Positions 62,944 to 64,000 of a DNA stretch of 64,000 nucleotides are shown in pieces; the stretch's first letter is position 1; each line of letters begins with the position of its first letter. A program made the translations under genes and the position numbers. The notes beneath the pieces were generated by a model, which saw nothing but the letters and a program-made list of their open reading frames with translations, searched no databases and was not told the origin of the DNA. Source of the DNA: a virus (Duplodnaviria; Heunggongvirae; Uroviricota; Caudoviricetes); the IMG/VR virus record IMGVR_UViG_3300035701_000015, positions 12,009 to 76,008 of that record. One strand, written 5' to 3'.

Positions 62944-63594
62944 TTGGAGGATGTCTGTTTGAATATATTAGACTTCGAAGCACAAAAATTAGATGCTCCC
63001 ATTTTAGAGAAAGTCTTTGAAGTAGTAAAAACACTTTTTATAAATCGATACAAAGATTACCAACCTACAGTCAAAGATTTAACTCTTCCAATTGACATAG
63101 ATACATTCGAAGGTCAAATAGCAATGAAAGATTACCTTGAAATAAGAGTAGTCGAAGAGTTGATGGAAATGCGTGAAGCACTTGTCTCGCACAAAGAAGA
63201 GAACGAGATGTATGAACATGTTTACGAAGAAATTGGTGATTCGTTTAATTTCCTTATCAATTCATATATCCTCTATGGATGGGATCATACTCGTTTTGAA
63301 CCAGTAGAAAGATTGTGGAATGACTTTAGAAAAATTGGTTCAAATGGTACAGTTGATAAAGCAATCTTAGAAGTAGTTTACAATATTGGTCTAACTTGTA
63401 ATAAATTAAAAATCCGTCCTTGGAAGAAAAGTCAATACCTTACAGACATGCTTGTATTTGAAGATAGATTTGAAAAAGTTTATTATTCGTTTATAGAGTT
63501 AGTGTTTAGTTTGAATGTACATCCCGAACTTTTGTGGAGTATATTCAGTAGAAAAAATCAATGCAATGAATTTAGATTAGATACAGGATACTAA
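62944..63594 (+). CDS. MazG-like all-alpha NTP pyrophosphohydrolase
   Basis: EELMEMREAL...EEIGDSFNFLI pattern. Confidence 0.5.
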   Translation: MEDVCLNILDFEAQKLDAPILEKVFEVVKTLFINRYKDYQPTVKDLTLPIDIDTFEGQIAMKDYLEIRVVEELMEMREALVSHKEENEMYEHVYEEIGDSFNFLINSYILYGWDHTRFEPVERLWNDFRKIGSNGTVDKAILEVVYNIGLTCNKLKIRPWKKSQYLTDMLVFEDRFEKVYYSFIELVFSLNVHPELLWSIFSRKNQCNEFRLDTGY

Positions 63595-63830
63595 TGGATA
63601 TAACTTATATAGAAAAAGAATCTATCACATATGAGGTAATAGCAGAAGAAATGGAAAGACCCGGCTATTTAAAGAATAGAGTTATGTACAGATTCTGGCC
63701 TATCGGCGACGGAGATTGGAAGCTACAAATTATAGACGGTAATAAAGCACCTATAGAACCGATAGTTATTCCAAAAAAAGTTATAGATAAAATATTGAAT
63801 GTGAACGTTAAGGGGGATTTGAAAAAATGA
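63594..63830 (+). CDS. hypothetical protein
   Basis: ORF. Confidence 0.4.
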   Translation: MDITYIEKESITYEVIAEEMERPGYLKNRVMYRFWPIGDGDWKLQIIDGNKAPIEPIVIPKKVIDKILNVNVKGDLKK

Positions 63831-64000
63831 AAAGATCAACGCTAATATTGATGGGAGTTACTTTTATCTTAATAATTATATTTATTCTAGTCGTTCACTT
63901 TGATTGGTCTCTAGGGCCCATCAAGATCGGCAACAAAGTTTATTATACTCCATCAAGTGAGAAAGCCCAAAACGATATTATCTTAGTATCTGGTCCAACG
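63827..64000 (+). CDS. membrane protein, 3' truncated at window edge
   Basis: ATGA overlap with the upstream gene; TM helix. Confidence 0.4.
   Translation, partial: MKRSTLILMGVTFILIIIFILVVHFDWSLGPIKIGNKVYYTPSSEKAQNDIILVSGPT

Overview
This window looks like part of a large (jumbo-type) phage genome, with nearly all genes on the + strand. About 32 tRNA genes sit between the small ORFs in dense arrays.

Recognisable coding content:
- Translation-related: peptidyl-tRNA hydrolase Pth2, ribosomal protein bS21, peptide deformylase, CCA-adding enzyme.
- Nucleotide metabolism: dCMP deaminase, dUTPase, NUDIX, MazG-like.
- ADP-ribose processing: a Macro-domain protein and a NADAR-domain protein.
- Lysis/structure: M23 peptidase, amidase_2 endolysin, a collagen-repeat tail fiber.
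- GroES, S-adenosylmethionine decarboxylase (SpeH) and an SPFH-domain protein.
- A KamA-like radical SAM gene on the minus strand.
- Two paralogous modules of MoxR-type AAA+ ATPase, HExxH metallopeptidase and vWA protein.
- A Ro60/TROVE-vWA ortholog.

Most unusual observations:
1. A family of at least eight conserved modular stem-loop RNA elements. Three carry circularly permuted tRNA-like modules (T-arm, then loop-capped acceptor stem, then D-arm). Three copies lie in a 1.5-kb noncoding region directly upstream of the Ro60 gene, which suggests Y-RNA-like tRNA mimics.
2. A predicted amber-suppressor tRNA (anticodon CUA).
3. A fractured dnaE: the polymerase core is encoded upstream of the PHP/N-terminal part. 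The N-terminal part carries IntN, an in-frame TAA, a free-standing homing-endonuclease ORF, and IntC plus a 40-aa extein.
4. A multi-copy family of small proteins with the N-terminal motif (I/L)xNLLKxRTCxNC.

All coordinates come from manual folding and alignment and may be off by a few nucleotides.
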